Assembly (NCBI GenBank): GCA_040771865.1
Contig: JAXGZF010000004.1
Span: forward strand, 353,916-417,915
Reading direction: 5' to 3'
Length of the DNA stretch: 64,000 nt
Source of the DNA: Desulfobacterales bacterium
Lineage (GTDB): Bacteria; Desulfobacterota; Desulfobacteria; Desulfobacterales; UBA2245
Part shown: positions 10,083 through 20,300 of the stretch, one piece after another
Layout: each line of letters begins with the position of its first letter
Position numbering within the stretch: the first letter of the stretch is position 1
Position numbers and translations under genes: made by a program
The notes under the pieces: generated by a model
Databases searched by the model: none
Seen by the model: only the letters and a program-made list of their open reading frames with translations
Told to the model about the DNA's origin: nothing

Positions 10083-12743
10083 ATGAAGATTCGACACAAT
10101 TATACAGGGCGGATAAGGGTTCAGGACAGGGAATATCTTGTTTTCGATCCGAACCGGCTGGCGGAATCCGGCGTCGACATTCACCGGCTGCCGTTCTGCA
10201 TTCGCATTCTGCTTGAAAACATGATGCGCCATATGGAGGTTTCCGGACTGAGCGAGGCGGATCTGATCCGTGTCGCACGATGGGAAGACTCCGATGAACC
10301 GCCGATGGAATTTCCATTTTACCCCGGCCGGGTCCTGATGCAGGATTTTACCGGCGTTCCTGCCGTGGTGGATCTGGCCGCCATGCGCGATGCCGTCCTG
10401 AAACTGGGACATGATCCAGCCCGAATCAACCCGATGGTTCCGGTCCAGCTGGTGGTGGACCACTCGATTCAGGCCGACTGCCACGGAACGGCCCTGGCCC
10501 TGGCGCAGAACGTCAAAAGGGAATATGACCGCAATGCCGAACGTTACACCCTTTTGAAGTGGGCCCAGCGTCACTTCAAGAACTTCCAGGTGATTCCTCC
10601 CGGTTCGGGCATCTGCCATCAGGTGAACCTGGAATATCTGGCAAAAGGAGTCGTGGGGACGCACAACCCTACCGGGTTTGTTGCATATCCGGACACGGTT
10701 GTCGGAACCGATTCTCACACCACGATGATCAACAGCATCGGCGTGATGGGCTGGGGGGTGGGCGGCATCGAGGCCGAGGCCGTCATGCTCGGGCAGCCGC
10801 TGATGATCACGATTCCAGAGGTGGTGGGCGTGCGGCTGACCGGGGCGCTGAATCCCGGCGTTACCGCCGCGGATCTGGCGCTGACTCTCACGGAGTTGCT
10901 GCGGCATCACGGCGTGGTTGAAAAATTCGTGGAATATTACGGACCGGGCATGAAGGCCCTGAGTGTGCCGGATCGGGCCACGGTCGCCAATATGGCGCCG
11001 GAATACGGCGCCACCATGGGCTTCTTTCCGGTGGACGAAAAAACCATCGACTATTTGATTCTCACCGGTCGCAAGAATCAGGCGCGACTCACCGAAACTT
11101 ACGCCCGGACCGCCGGCCTTTTCTATACCGGAAGTGAACGGCCTGAGTACCGCGAGGTTCTGGAACTTGATCTATCAACCATCGTTCCATCGGTGGCAGG
11201 TCCCAGGCGTCCTCAGGACCGCATTCCCCTGTGTGATCTGAAAGAAACGATTCACGGAAAGCACGCCGAATTTTCTCAAACCACGGCTTATCCGATCAAA
11301 ATCGACGGTCAAAGCACTGTCATCGGAGACGGCAGCATCGTTCTGGCTTCGATCACCTCCTGCACCCATACCTCCAATCCGGCGGCTGTGATCAGCGCAG
11401 GGCTTCTCGCTAAAAAGGCCGTGGACAGGGGGCTCAGGGTGCCGCCCTTTGTCAAGACCACGCTCTGCCCAGGATCATGCGTGGTGATCCGGTATCTGGA
11501 AGCAGCCGGGCTGATATCCAGCCTTCAGGCTCTGGGGTTTCATACGGCCGGCTTCGGGTGCATGACCTGCATCGGAAACAGCGGTCCGCTTCATCCAAAG
11601 GTTCAGGAGGCGATCGACGCGCACCATCTCAGCGTTGCCTCCGTGCTCTCCGGCAACCGGAACTTCGAGGCCCGGGTGCACCAGAGCGTTCGGGGAAACT
11701 TTCTGGCATCGCCCATGCTGGTGGTGGCTTTTGCCCTGGCCGGAAGAATCGATATCGATCTTGCCCGGGACCCGATCGGCTATGATGATCAAAATCGTCC
11801 CGTGTATCTGAGAGACATTCAGCCGGCCTCGAAAGAGATCGGCGCTATGGTCGAAAAGACGGTTCGGTCCGAGTTTTTTGCCGAGGAATACGCCCATGTC
11901 TATGACGGGGGTTCGTTGTGGCGGAATTTGCCGGAAATCGAGTCCGAAACCTATCCTTGGAATCCCGAATCCACCTATATTCGCAAGCCTCCGTATTTCG
12001 AAAACTTTTCCCTTATACCATCGAAGGTGCAGGATATCCGGAATGCAAGGGCCCTGGCTGTTCTGGGCGATTCGGTGACCACCGATCATATATCTCCGGC
12101 AGGCGCTATTCCCGAAGCCTATCCGGCGGGCCGGTATTTGATGGAAAACAGGGTGATGCCCGCGGATTTCAATTCCTACGGATCACGAAGAGGCAACCAC
12201 GAGGTAATGGTTCGCGGAACCTTTGCCAACATTCGCGTCCGCAATCGCCTCTGCGCGGGCGAGGGCGGTTTTACGCAGAAGTGCCCGGAAAATACCGAGA
12301 TGTTCATCTATGATGCCGCCGTGCAGTATCAGCGGCAGGGTGTGCCCCTGGTGATTCTGGCCGGAAAAGAATACGGAACCGGATCTTCCCGGGACTGGGC
12401 GGCCAAGGGAACCGCCCTGCTGGGAGTCAGGGCGGTGATTGCTGTTTCCTTTGAGCGGATTCACCGCAGCAACCTGGTCGGCATGGGGGTGCTGCCCCTG
12501 GTTTTTGAGAAAGGTCAAAGCGCCGAGCAGCTTGAGCTGGACGGAACCGAGACGTTTTTTATCGAGGGAATCGAAGAAATGAAACCGCGCCAGCAGGTAA
12601 CCGTCCGGGCCGTGTCATCCGATGATGGGTCTGTCAAAATATTTCAGGTCGTCTCCCGCCTGGATACCGAGGTGGATAAGGCCTGTTTTGAAAACCGGGG
12701 CATTCTGCACCTTGTGCTGAGAAAAATGCTTCAATCCATGTGA
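10083..12743 (+). CDS. acnA: Aconitate hydratase AcnA
   Basis: RVLMQDFTGVPAVVDLAAMR, GTDSHT, ITSCT, GCMTCIGNSG, SGNRNFE, GSSRDWAAKG. Confidence 0.95.
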   Translation: MKIRHNYTGRIRVQDREYLVFDPNRLAESGVDIHRLPFCIRILLENMMRHMEVSGLSEADLIRVARWEDSDEPPMEFPFYPGRVLMQDFTGVPAVVDLAAMRDAVLKLGHDPARINPMVPVQLVVDHSIQADCHGTALALAQNVKREYDRNAERYTLLKWAQRHFKNFQVIPPGSGICHQVNLEYLAKGVVGTHNPTGFVAYPDTVVGTDSHTTMINSIGVMGWGVGGIEAEAVMLGQPLMITIPEVVGVRLTGALNPGVTAADLALTLTELLRHHGVVEKFVEYYGPGMKALSVPDRATVANMAPEYGATMGFFPVDEKTIDYLILTGRKNQARLTETYARTAGLFYTGSERPEYREVLELDLSTIVPSVAGPRRPQDRIPLCDLKETIHGKHAEFSQTTAYPIKIDGQSTVIGDGSIVLASITSCTHTSNPAAVISAGLLAKKAVDRGLRVPPFVKTTLCPGSCVVIRYLEAAGLISSLQALGFHTAGFGCMTCIGNSGPLHPKVQEAIDAHHLSVASVLSGNRNFEARVHQSVRGNFLASPMLVVAFALAGRIDIDLARDPIGYDDQNRPVYLRDIQPASKEIGAMVEKTVRSEFFAEEYAHVYDGGSLWRNLPEIESETYPWNPESTYIRKPPYFENFSLIPSKVQDIRNARALAVLGDSVTTDHISPAGAIPEAYPAGRYLMENRVMPADFNSYGSRRGNHEVMVRGTFANIRVRNRLCAGEGGFTQKCPENTEMFIYDAAVQYQRQGVPLVILAGKEYGTGSSRDWAAKGTALLGVRAVIAVSFERIHRSNLVGMGVLPLVFEKGQSAEQLELDGTETFFIEGIEEMKPRQQVTVRAVSSDDGSVKIFQVVSRLDTEVDKACFENRGILHLVLRKMLQSM

Positions 12744-12771
12744 TCCTTACGTTTATCATTTTTATCTGAAA

Positions 12772-13437
12772 TTACGGCACTTTGCAGAAACCGTGCCGAA
12801 CGATCTCGCCTTCGATCAGGTATATGACCTCCTCGGCGATGTTGACGGCATGGTCCGCGATGCGTTCGATGTGCCGGGAAACAGAGAACAGATTGATCCA
12901 GTATCCCATGTAGGCCGGGTTTTTTTTCATGGCCTCCTTGATTTGATCATAGGCATGATGATCCAGCTCATCGATTTCATCATCCAGGCTGATCACCTCC
13001 CTGGCCAGATTTAGATCCAGATTGACGAGCGAATCCAGGCTCATTTTCAGCAGCCTCTCCGCCTTTCCGGCCATCATCGAGTAGTCGAAGGTAAATTCCT
13101 GCCTGGGATGCCGCAGCACGATCGTCAGGCGTTCGGCAATGTTGACGGCCTCGTCGGCAATGCGTTCAAGGTCGTTGTTGATCTTGATCACGGCGACCAG
13201 AAACCTCAGGTCCACGGCCACCGGTTGGTGCAGAGCCATGATTTTCAGGCACTCTTCTTCGATTTCCACCTCGATGGCGTCGATTTCCGGGTCCGATTCG
13301 ACAACCCAACGGACGATGCCTATATCCCGGGTTTCAATGGCGCTGATTGCCTTGTGGACCCGGTCTTCGACAAGGGCGCCGAGGGAAAGTATCCTTTTTT
13401 TGATTTTTTCAAGCTCTCTGTGAAAACGTTTGGGCAT
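12772..13437 (-). CDS. phoU: Phosphate signalling protein PhoU
   Basis: Two PhoU repeats (QPVAVDLR, DLERIAD, IERIADHAVNIAE). Confidence 0.95.
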   Translation of the reverse strand: MPKRFHRELEKIKKRILSLGALVEDRVHKAISAIETRDIGIVRWVVESDPEIDAIEVEIEEECLKIMALHQPVAVDLRFLVAVIKINNDLERIADEAVNIAERLTIVLRHPRQEFTFDYSMMAGKAERLLKMSLDSLVNLDLNLAREVISLDDEIDELDHHAYDQIKEAMKKNPAYMGYWINLFSVSRHIERIADHAVNIAEEVIYLIEGEIVRHGFCKVP

Positions 13438-13452
13438 GCAAATGACCTTTCT

Positions 13453-14214
13453 TTATCCGAATCGTCCGGTGATGTAGTCTTCGGTTTGCTTGATGCCGGG
13501 ACGGGTGAAAATCGTATCCGTTTCACCGACTTCGATGAGTTTTCCCACATAAAAAAATGCGGTGATGTCCGAAACCCGCGCCGCCTGCTGCATGTTGTGC
13601 GTAACGATAATGATTGTGTAGCTGGTTTTCAGCTCGTGAATCAGCTCTTCGATTTTCTGGGTAGAAATCGGATCCAGGGCCGAGGCTGGTTCATCCATCA
13701 GCAGCACCTCCGGTGAAACCGCCAGCGCGCGGGCAATGCACAGCCGCTGCTGCTGGCCTCCGGAAAGGCCCAGGGCCGATTCCGATATTCGATCCTTGAC
13801 CTCGTCCCACAGAGCGGCCTGTTTGAGACTCTCTTCGACTTTGTCGGCGATATAGGCCCTGTCCCGAACGCCGTTGACGCGAAGCCCGTAGGCGACATTC
13901 TCGAAAATACTCTTGGGAAAGGGGTTTGGCTTCTGAAAAACCATGCCCACGCGGCTTCTCAGCGAAACAACATCCTGATTCGGATCGAGAATGTTGTTTC
14001 CGTCCAGAAGTATGGTTCCCTCGGTCCGAGTGCGGGCGATCAGGTCGTTCATCCGGTTCAGACACCTCAGGTAGGTGCTTTTCCCGCATCCGGACGGGCC
14101 GATGAGCGCGGTGACCTGGTTTTCCGGAATCTCCAGGCAGATATCGTTCAGGGCCAGAAAGTCTCCATAATAAAAGTTCAGGTGCTGCGTCGATATTTTA
14201 ACCGCTTCGTTCAT
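13453..14214 (-). CDS. pstB: Phosphate ABC transporter ATPase
   Basis: [45 protein letters not shown]. Confidence 0.97.
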   Translation of the reverse strand: MNEAVKISTQHLNFYYGDFLALNDICLEIPENQVTALIGPSGCGKSTYLRCLNRMNDLIARTRTEGTILLDGNNILDPNQDVVSLRSRVGMVFQKPNPFPKSIFENVAYGLRVNGVRDRAYIADKVEESLKQAALWDEVKDRISESALGLSGGQQQRLCIARALAVSPEVLLMDEPASALDPISTQKIEELIHELKTSYTIIIVTHNMQQAARVSDITAFFYVGKLIEVGETDTIFTRPGIKQTEDYITGRFG

Positions 14215-14259
14215 AATGGGCCTTTTTTAAGTTTTCCGCTTTTGCCGCCGAAGCGGTGA

Positions 14260-15192
14260 TTACCGCAGACGTTTCCGGACCCGGGACCGGTACAGAATGG
14301 CCGAAAGGTTCAGGCCCAGCACCAGGGCCACCAGCACCAGGGCGGTTCCGTACTGCAGATGGCGGGTGGCCTCGATCTCGGTTCCGGCGGTGGCCAGCAC
14401 GTAAATATGATAGGGCAATGCCATGATTTCGTCAAACATTGAGGATGGCAGATGGGGTACAAAGAAAACGGCGGCCGTGAACATGATGGGCGCGGTCTCG
14501 CCGGCGGCCCGGCTCAATCCGAGAATCGCGCTGGTCAGAATGCCGGGCATGGCCGATGGCAGCACCACCCGGCAGATGGTCTGAAGCTTGGTGGCGCCCA
14601 GGGCCAGAGAGGCTTCCCGGTAGGTGTCTGGAACCGACCGCAGAGACTCTTCTGTTGCCGAGATAATTACCGGCAGGGTCATTGCGCCCAGGGTCAGGGC
14701 CCCTGAAAGAATGCTGACGCCGAACCTCAGGTAGACGACGAAAAACCCCAGGCCGAACAGGCCGAAGACCACCGACGGCACTCCGGCCAGATTGTTGATG
14801 CCCAGCCGTATGATGCGAAGCAGGCGGCCGGGCCGGGCATATTCGCTCATGTAGATCGCCGAAGCGATTCCGATGGGAAAGGCCAGAATCATCGCCCCCA
14901 GGCTCAGGCACAGGGTGCCGATGATGCAGGGCAGAATGCCGCCCCGAGTCATGGAATTCGTGGGGGGCTGGGTGAGAAAAGTCCAGCTGATCGCTTTCCA
15001 CCCGTTGGCCGCCATAAAATACACCACAATCGCCAGGGCCAGCGCATTGACAACGGCCGCCGTTCGAAAGGCGGAAAATACGATTTTTTCCATGATTCTG
15101 CGTCGGCGCTGAAGGTAAAATCGGGGTGCGGGCGTGGAATCGAAGGTCGTTTGCGGATTTTCGATCTTTGCCGGGTCTGTTGGTCGCAGCAT
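14260..15192 (-). CDS. pstA: Phosphate ABC transporter permease PstA
   Basis: LAGVPSVVFGLFG, REASLALGAT, RAAGETAP; operon position. Confidence 0.93.
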   Translation of the reverse strand: MLRPTDPAKIENPQTTFDSTPAPRFYLQRRRRIMEKIVFSAFRTAAVVNALALAIVVYFMAANGWKAISWTFLTQPPTNSMTRGGILPCIIGTLCLSLGAMILAFPIGIASAIYMSEYARPGRLLRIIRLGINNLAGVPSVVFGLFGLGFFVVYLRFGVSILSGALTLGAMTLPVIISATEESLRSVPDTYREASLALGATKLQTICRVVLPSAMPGILTSAILGLSRAAGETAPIMFTAAVFFVPHLPSSMFDEIMALPYHIYVLATAGTEIEATRHLQYGTALVLVALVLGLNLSAILYRSRVRKRLR

Positions 15193-15211
15193 GGGTTAGT
15201 CCCTTTCTCCT

Positions 15212-16105
15212 TTACAGGCTTGCCTCGCCGACCTGTTTGTATTTGTGGGCCACATGATCGGCGATCAGATTGAAAAGCAGAGTAAAGAGAAACAGAACGA
15301 TGCCTGTGGCAAACAACGCATAATAATGATCTCCGCGAAAGGGCGCCTCGGCCATTTCGGCGGCGATGCTTGCCGGAAGAGGCCGTACGGGATCAAAGAT
15401 CGAAAGCGGAATCATGGCTGCGCCTCCGGCCACCATCAGCACTACCATGGTTTCTCCGATGGCGCGGGACATTCCGAGAATGACGGCGGTGCTGATTCCG
15501 GAAATCGATGCCGGAAGAATGACCCGAACGATGGTTTCCAGGTGCGTGGCGCCCAGAGCCAGAGATGCTTCCCTCAGGCTGTGGGGTACGCTGTAAATCG
15601 CATCCTCCGAAATGCTGCAGATTGTCGGAATCGACATGAAGGCCAGCATCAGGGCCGCGTTGAAAAGATTCAGTCCCGTGGCCAGATTGAACGTATCCTG
15701 AAGAAAGGGAGCGACAACGACCATGCCGAAGAAACCGATTACCACCGAGGGAAGGGCCGCCAGAAGCTCCACGACGGGCTTGACGATCTCCCGAAGGCGG
15801 TGAGAGGCGATCTCCGCCAGATAGATGGCGGTCATCACGCCCAGCGGTATGGCCATGGCCGCCGAGAGCAGCGTAACGCTGAGGGATGCGACGATCAGCG
15901 CAAGAATTCCGAAATCCGGCGGATCGGAGGTCGGATACCAGTATTTTCCCAGAATAAAGTCCTGAATCGAAACCTTTTCAAAGATGGGAATGCCTTCTTT
16001 GAACAGAAAAAAGGCGATCATGAACAGGACAGCCGTGGAAGTCAGGGCCGTGAAAAAGAAAAGATGCTTCAGAATCCGGTCCTGAATTTTTCGAAGATTA
16101 TTCAT
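15212..16105 (-). CDS. pstC: Phosphate ABC transporter permease PstC
   Basis: ELLAALPSVVIG, REASLALGAT, RAIGETM; operon position. Confidence 0.93.
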   Translation of the reverse strand: MNNLRKIQDRILKHLFFFTALTSTAVLFMIAFFLFKEGIPIFEKVSIQDFILGKYWYPTSDPPDFGILALIVASLSVTLLSAAMAIPLGVMTAIYLAEIASHRLREIVKPVVELLAALPSVVIGFFGMVVVAPFLQDTFNLATGLNLFNAALMLAFMSIPTICSISEDAIYSVPHSLREASLALGATHLETIVRVILPASISGISTAVILGMSRAIGETMVVLMVAGGAAMIPLSIFDPVRPLPASIAAEMAEAPFRGDHYYALFATGIVLFLFTLLFNLIADHVAHKYKQVGEASL

Positions 16106-16124
16106 GCCCCCTCCATGCAGAGCG

Positions 16125-16156
16125 GCGCCTGCCGGCGATCGGGTTCCGGCAGGCGC
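16125..16156 (-). other. Intercistronic stem-loop between pstS and pstC (mRNA stabiliser or partial terminator)
   Basis: GCGCCTGCCGG...CCGGCAGGCGC inverted repeat without a U tail. Confidence 0.5.
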
Positions 16157-16168
16157 GTGGTTGAACGA

Positions 16169-16981
16169 TTAGTACAACGGCACAAATCCCGCTTCCTTGA
16201 CCAGGGGCTGCCCCTTTTCGGGATGTAAAACGTAGTTGATGAAAGAGGCGGCGTCTTTTTCCGGCCATCCGCGGGTGAACATGAAAAGCGGCCGGCTGAT
16301 GGGAAAGGTTCCATCCAGGGTGGTCTTGGCGCTTCCTTCAACCCCGTTTACCGTAACCGCCTTGATGCTGGCGTCCAGATAACCGATGCCGACATAGCCG
16401 ATGGCATTTTTGTTCTTGGAAACCGCCTGAACGATGGCGCCGCTGGAGGCCTGAAGCAGGGCTGCGGGAAACACCCGTTCTTTTTTCATGACCAGACTTT
16501 CCCAGACCTCATAGGTGCCCGATGAGGTGTCGCGTGAAATGGCCACGATCGGCAGGTTGGGGCCGCCAAGATCCTTCCAGTTTCTGATTTTGCCCATGTA
16601 GATGTCTTTCAGTTGCGTCAGCGTCAGGTTCTGCAGCGTATTGCTTGGATGCACCACGGGAATGATGCAGTCGTAGGCCACGGCAAAGGGAACGGGGTAG
16701 GCGCTATTTTCCACGGCCAGGGCGACTTCCTTGTCCTTGATGAAGCGTGAGCTGTTGGCGATGTCGGTTGTTTTGTCGATAATGGCCTTGATGCCGTTTC
16801 CGGAACCGCCGCCGGAAAGGGAGATCTTCACCCCGGGATTTTCCTTCATGTAAGCTTCGACGATTTTCTGAGCGATCGGCAGAACCGTGGTGGAGCCTTT
16901 AATGACGAGGTTTCCGGCCCATACCGATCCGGCCGGGAAAAGCCATGCAACAGTCAATAATATCGCGAAAATTTTTTTCAT
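16169..16981 (-). CDS. pstS: Phosphate ABC transporter substrate-binding protein
   Basis: Signal peptide, GSTTV, GGGSGNG, SRDTSSGT, AIGYVG. Confidence 0.93.
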   Translation of the reverse strand: MKKIFAILLTVAWLFPAGSVWAGNLVIKGSTTVLPIAQKIVEAYMKENPGVKISLSGGGSGNGIKAIIDKTTDIANSSRFIKDKEVALAVENSAYPVPFAVAYDCIIPVVHPSNTLQNLTLTQLKDIYMGKIRNWKDLGGPNLPIVAISRDTSSGTYEVWESLVMKKERVFPAALLQASSGAIVQAVSKNKNAIGYVGIGYLDASIKAVTVNGVEGSAKTTLDGTFPISRPLFMFTRGWPEKDAASFINYVLHPEKGQPLVKEAGFVPLY

Positions 16982-17020
16982 AATTTCTCCTTTGCGTTGA
17001 GCATTTTATGCGATTTGAAT

Positions 17021-17053
17021 GTTAGAATCGCATTAAGATTCCGTTAAAGTTAT
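17021..17053 (-). promoter_or_regulatory. Candidate PhoB box: three 11-bp tandem units upstream of pstS
   Basis: GTTAGAATCGC/ATTAAGATTCC/GTTAAAGTTAT on + strand, 11-bp period. Confidence 0.5.
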
Positions 17054-17176
17054 GCTTGCCGATTTTTCCGGAAATCGCCGTCAGACGGAAACCCGACGGC
17101 TCAGCGCTTTGGAATTTTATATGAACCTGAAATATAATAGTGCGATTAAGAATCGACTAGAAAACGGTTCAGAAAT

Positions 17177-18946
17177 TTAAATCCGCCTGGGCAGATAAAT
17201 GGAAAAGGCGCTCCCCTGCCCCAGGGCGCTTTCCACGGTCACCCGGCCTCCGTGGGCCCTGGCGATGTGTTTGACGATGGCAAGCCCCAGTCCGGTTCCG
17301 CCCATTTTCCGGCTTCTTGCTTTTTCCACGCGGTAGAATCTTTCAAAAATTCGGGAAAGGTGCTTTTTTTCAATGCCGATGCCGCGGTCTTTGCATCGAA
17401 GAATGACATTCGTATCGTCCGAAACCGCCTCGATGCGGATTTCGCTTCCGTTGTTGCTGTAGGCGACGGCGTTGTCCAGAAGGTTGACCACGGCCTGTTC
17501 GATCAGGTTCGAATCCACCTCGGCCTCCAGGTCTTCCAGGCAGTCCAGATGGATTTGTATATCCTTTTCCCGCGCTCTGGAACTGCAGATCTGAACGGCC
17601 TGCTGCAGGACGGCTTTCAGACGGACGGACTCAATATGAAGCTGTTTTTCCTGTTCGATTCTGGAAAGCGACATCAGGTCGTCAATCAGGCGGTTGAGCC
17701 GGTCCACGTGCCGGGCGATGATCTGAAGAAAACGTTCGGTCTGCTCCGGATTGTCCGTTTCCTTCCGCTGTTCCAGTGTTTCCACAAACCCCTTGATGGC
17801 CGTCAGCGGCGTTTTCAGCTCGTGGGAGACATTGGCCGCGAAGTCCCGCCGCATGTTTTCGAGTTTTCGAATCTGCGTGACGTCGTTCATAACGATCAGA
17901 ATGCCGGCGTACAATTCGCCTGCGCCTCGAAGCATCGTGCTGCGGGCATGAACGATGGTTTCCGAACCGGGATTCAGAAGAATGTCGGCTTCGATGTTTT
18001 CCCGGGTGACCAGGGCCTTTCGAACAAATTCATGCAGTTGGACGTTTCGAATCAGTTCCTGTATGATTCTTCCCTCATAAACGGTCTGGGTCAGTTCGAA
18101 CATCTTCCGGGCCGCCGCGTTCATGCTGATCACCCGTTCATTAGAATCGACGGCGATCACGGCTTCCACCATGCTGGACAGAACCGCCTCCAGTTCGTTG
18201 CGCTGACGGCTGATGGTCTGAATCCGTTTTTCCAGCTCGCCGGCCATTCCGTTGATCGTTTCCGAAAGACCGGCGATTTCGTCAAAGCCGGTTTTCGGAA
18301 GCCGGTGCCTCAGATTCCCCCGGGCGAGCTGCTCGGCCCCCTGCCGGATTTCTTCAATCGGACGGCTGATTTTCCGGGCGATCAGAATGCTGAGAATAAC
18401 GGCGATCGTTGCAATGGCCAGACCGCCTAAAAAAATCTGGCCGTAGATGCGTTTCAGCTTTTTTTCAAGATCCGTGAGGGGCGCGGCCGTGCGCAGAACG
18501 GCATCGATGCGTCCGTTGCGTTCCACGGGAATCGCCACGTAAATCATGTCCTGTTTCAGGGTCCAGCTGTATCGAACAATCGATCCGATCTTGCCGGAAA
18601 AGGCCTCGGCGACTTCCGGCCGGTCCAGATGTTTTTCCATTAAATTCGGGTCGGTTTTGGAATCTCCCAGCACGTCCCCGTTGGCCAGAATGACGGTGAT
18701 TCGGGTGCCGGCCCGGTTTCCGAGTTCCCGGCTCAGCAGATCGATGCCGCCCTTGTGGGGCGAAGAGAGCAGCGGCTGAATCTGATGGGTTAGAAGGTTG
18801 GCCCGTTCGATCAGATCGCTGCGGGTCTGTTCGATGAAGAAATGCCGAAGTGTGTTTGCCGCATACACGCCGACGGCGATCATGCAAAGCAGCGTAACGA
18901 GCAAATAGGGCGGATAAATTTGCCGGATCAGCGGTTTTGTTTTCAT
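17177..18946 (-). CDS. phoR: Phosphate regulon sensor kinase PhoR (HAMP-PAS-HisKA-HATPase)
   Basis: FAANVSHELKTPLT, NLLDNA, RIFERFYRV, GGTGLGLAIVKH; adjacent to pst genes. Confidence 0.9.
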   Translation of the reverse strand: MKTKPLIRQIYPPYLLVTLLCMIAVGVYAANTLRHFFIEQTRSDLIERANLLTHQIQPLLSSPHKGGIDLLSRELGNRAGTRITVILANGDVLGDSKTDPNLMEKHLDRPEVAEAFSGKIGSIVRYSWTLKQDMIYVAIPVERNGRIDAVLRTAAPLTDLEKKLKRIYGQIFLGGLAIATIAVILSILIARKISRPIEEIRQGAEQLARGNLRHRLPKTGFDEIAGLSETINGMAGELEKRIQTISRQRNELEAVLSSMVEAVIAVDSNERVISMNAAARKMFELTQTVYEGRIIQELIRNVQLHEFVRKALVTRENIEADILLNPGSETIVHARSTMLRGAGELYAGILIVMNDVTQIRKLENMRRDFAANVSHELKTPLTAIKGFVETLEQRKETDNPEQTERFLQIIARHVDRLNRLIDDLMSLSRIEQEKQLHIESVRLKAVLQQAVQICSSRAREKDIQIHLDCLEDLEAEVDSNLIEQAVVNLLDNAVAYSNNGSEIRIEAVSDDTNVILRCKDRGIGIEKKHLSRIFERFYRVEKARSRKMGGTGLGLAIVKHIARAHGGRVTVESALGQGSAFSIYLPRRI

Positions 18947-19635
18947 GGGGTTTCCCGGAATCGATAGCCCACGCCGCGCACGGTTTCAATCAGGTTGCCG
19001 CAGGCGCCGAGTTTTTTTCTCAATCCGACGATCTGAACATCCACGGCCCGGTCGGTGACCGGATAATCATCGCCCCGGACGGCTTCGACGATCTGAGAGC
19101 GGGTGAAGACCCAGCCCGGACGCCTTGCCAGCTGCTGAAGGATCTGAAATTCGGTAAAGGTCAGATCCACGGGATTGTCTTCGACCGTTACCGTTCGTTT
19201 CCCCGGATCGATCACAATGCCCTCGATTGCAATTTTCCGGTTTTCATCGACCGGTTCAACGCGCCAGCGGCGAAGGGCGGCGCGTGCTCTGGCCACCAGA
19301 ACCCTTGTGCTGAAAGGCTTGACGATGTAATCATCCGCGCCCAGTTCGAGGCCGGCGACAATATCCGGCTCCCCATCCTTGGCCGTGAGCATGACAATGG
19401 GAATGCGCCTCAGCTCGGCATCGCCTTTTATGGCCCGGGTCACTTCCAGCCCGTCCATTCCCGGCAGCATGAGATCCAGGACGATCAGGTCGGGTTTTTC
19501 GGTCCGGGCCAGGCGAAGGGCCTTTTCTCCGGTTTCCGCGATCAGGGTCTGGTAGCCTTCGCGGGAAAGATTATAGCGCACCAGTTCCACAATGTCTTCT
19601 TCGTCATCGACGACCAGAATCTTTTCCTTGGCCAT
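18943..19635 (-). CDS. phoB: OmpR-family response regulator PhoB/PhoP
   Basis: Receiver (VVDDE, LDLMLP, KPF) plus winged helix (ETVRGVGYRF); overlaps phoR start. Confidence 0.88.
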   Translation of the reverse strand: MAKEKILVVDDEEDIVELVRYNLSREGYQTLIAETGEKALRLARTEKPDLIVLDLMLPGMDGLEVTRAIKGDAELRRIPIVMLTAKDGEPDIVAGLELGADDYIVKPFSTRVLVARARAALRRWRVEPVDENRKIAIEGIVIDPGKRTVTVEDNPVDLTFTEFQILQQLARRPGWVFTRSQIVEAVRGDDYPVTDRAVDVQIVGLRKKLGACGNLIETVRGVGYRFRETP

Positions 19636-19644
19636 AGCGGTTGC

Positions 19645-20061
19645 CTATATTTCCTGCTGATCGAGCGCCTTGCGAATCCTGTCGCGGATCAGATTCCGAA
19701 TGCGTCTGAATTCGACCAGTATCTGATCCCCGGTTCCCGTGGCTTTGGCAGGATCCGGAAATCCCCAGTGAAGCATGCGGGCGCCCGGAAATACCGGGCA
19801 GCTTTCCTTTGCATGGTCGCATACCGTAACGACCGCGTCAAAGGATTTTGCGGAAAACAGCTCGACGGATTTTGAAAACCGGCCGGAGATATCGATGCCG
19901 ATCTCCCGCATGACCGCAACCGCACGCGGGTCCAGCGACGAGGGCGCAACGCCCGTGCTGAAGGCTTCACAGTCCGAATCCGCCATATGTCGCGGAAGGC
20001 CTTCCGCCATCTGGGATCGACAGGCGTTCTGCGTACAGAGAAAAAGAATGCTTCGTTTCAT
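19645..20061 (-). CDS. arsC: Thioredoxin-coupled arsenate reductase (LMW-PTP fold)
   Basis: CTQNACRSQMAEG P-loop and VCDHAKESCP redox cysteine pair, HWGFPDP. Confidence 0.85.
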   Translation of the reverse strand: MKRSILFLCTQNACRSQMAEGLPRHMADSDCEAFSTGVAPSSLDPRAVAVMREIGIDISGRFSKSVELFSAKSFDAVVTVCDHAKESCPVFPGARMLHWGFPDPAKATGTGDQILVEFRRIRNLIRDRIRKALDQQEI

Positions 20062-20300
20062 GTTCTGTCTTTCTGATTCAACGCATCAATTTTGATTACA
20101 ATTCTATCATCTTGTTTGAATCAGATCAGCGGATTGTTAGAAAATGGTTAACGCTCAGCGAATTGTCCGCACTCGGTAGATGCGTTCACGCCTTTGCCCG
20201 GTTGTTTCATCTTCCGAGACATATCCGGATCTTCCCGCATATTGGTTTCGGCAATGACAATCCATCATTTCCGCTGTTTGCTTTTAACCGTGCCCACTGA

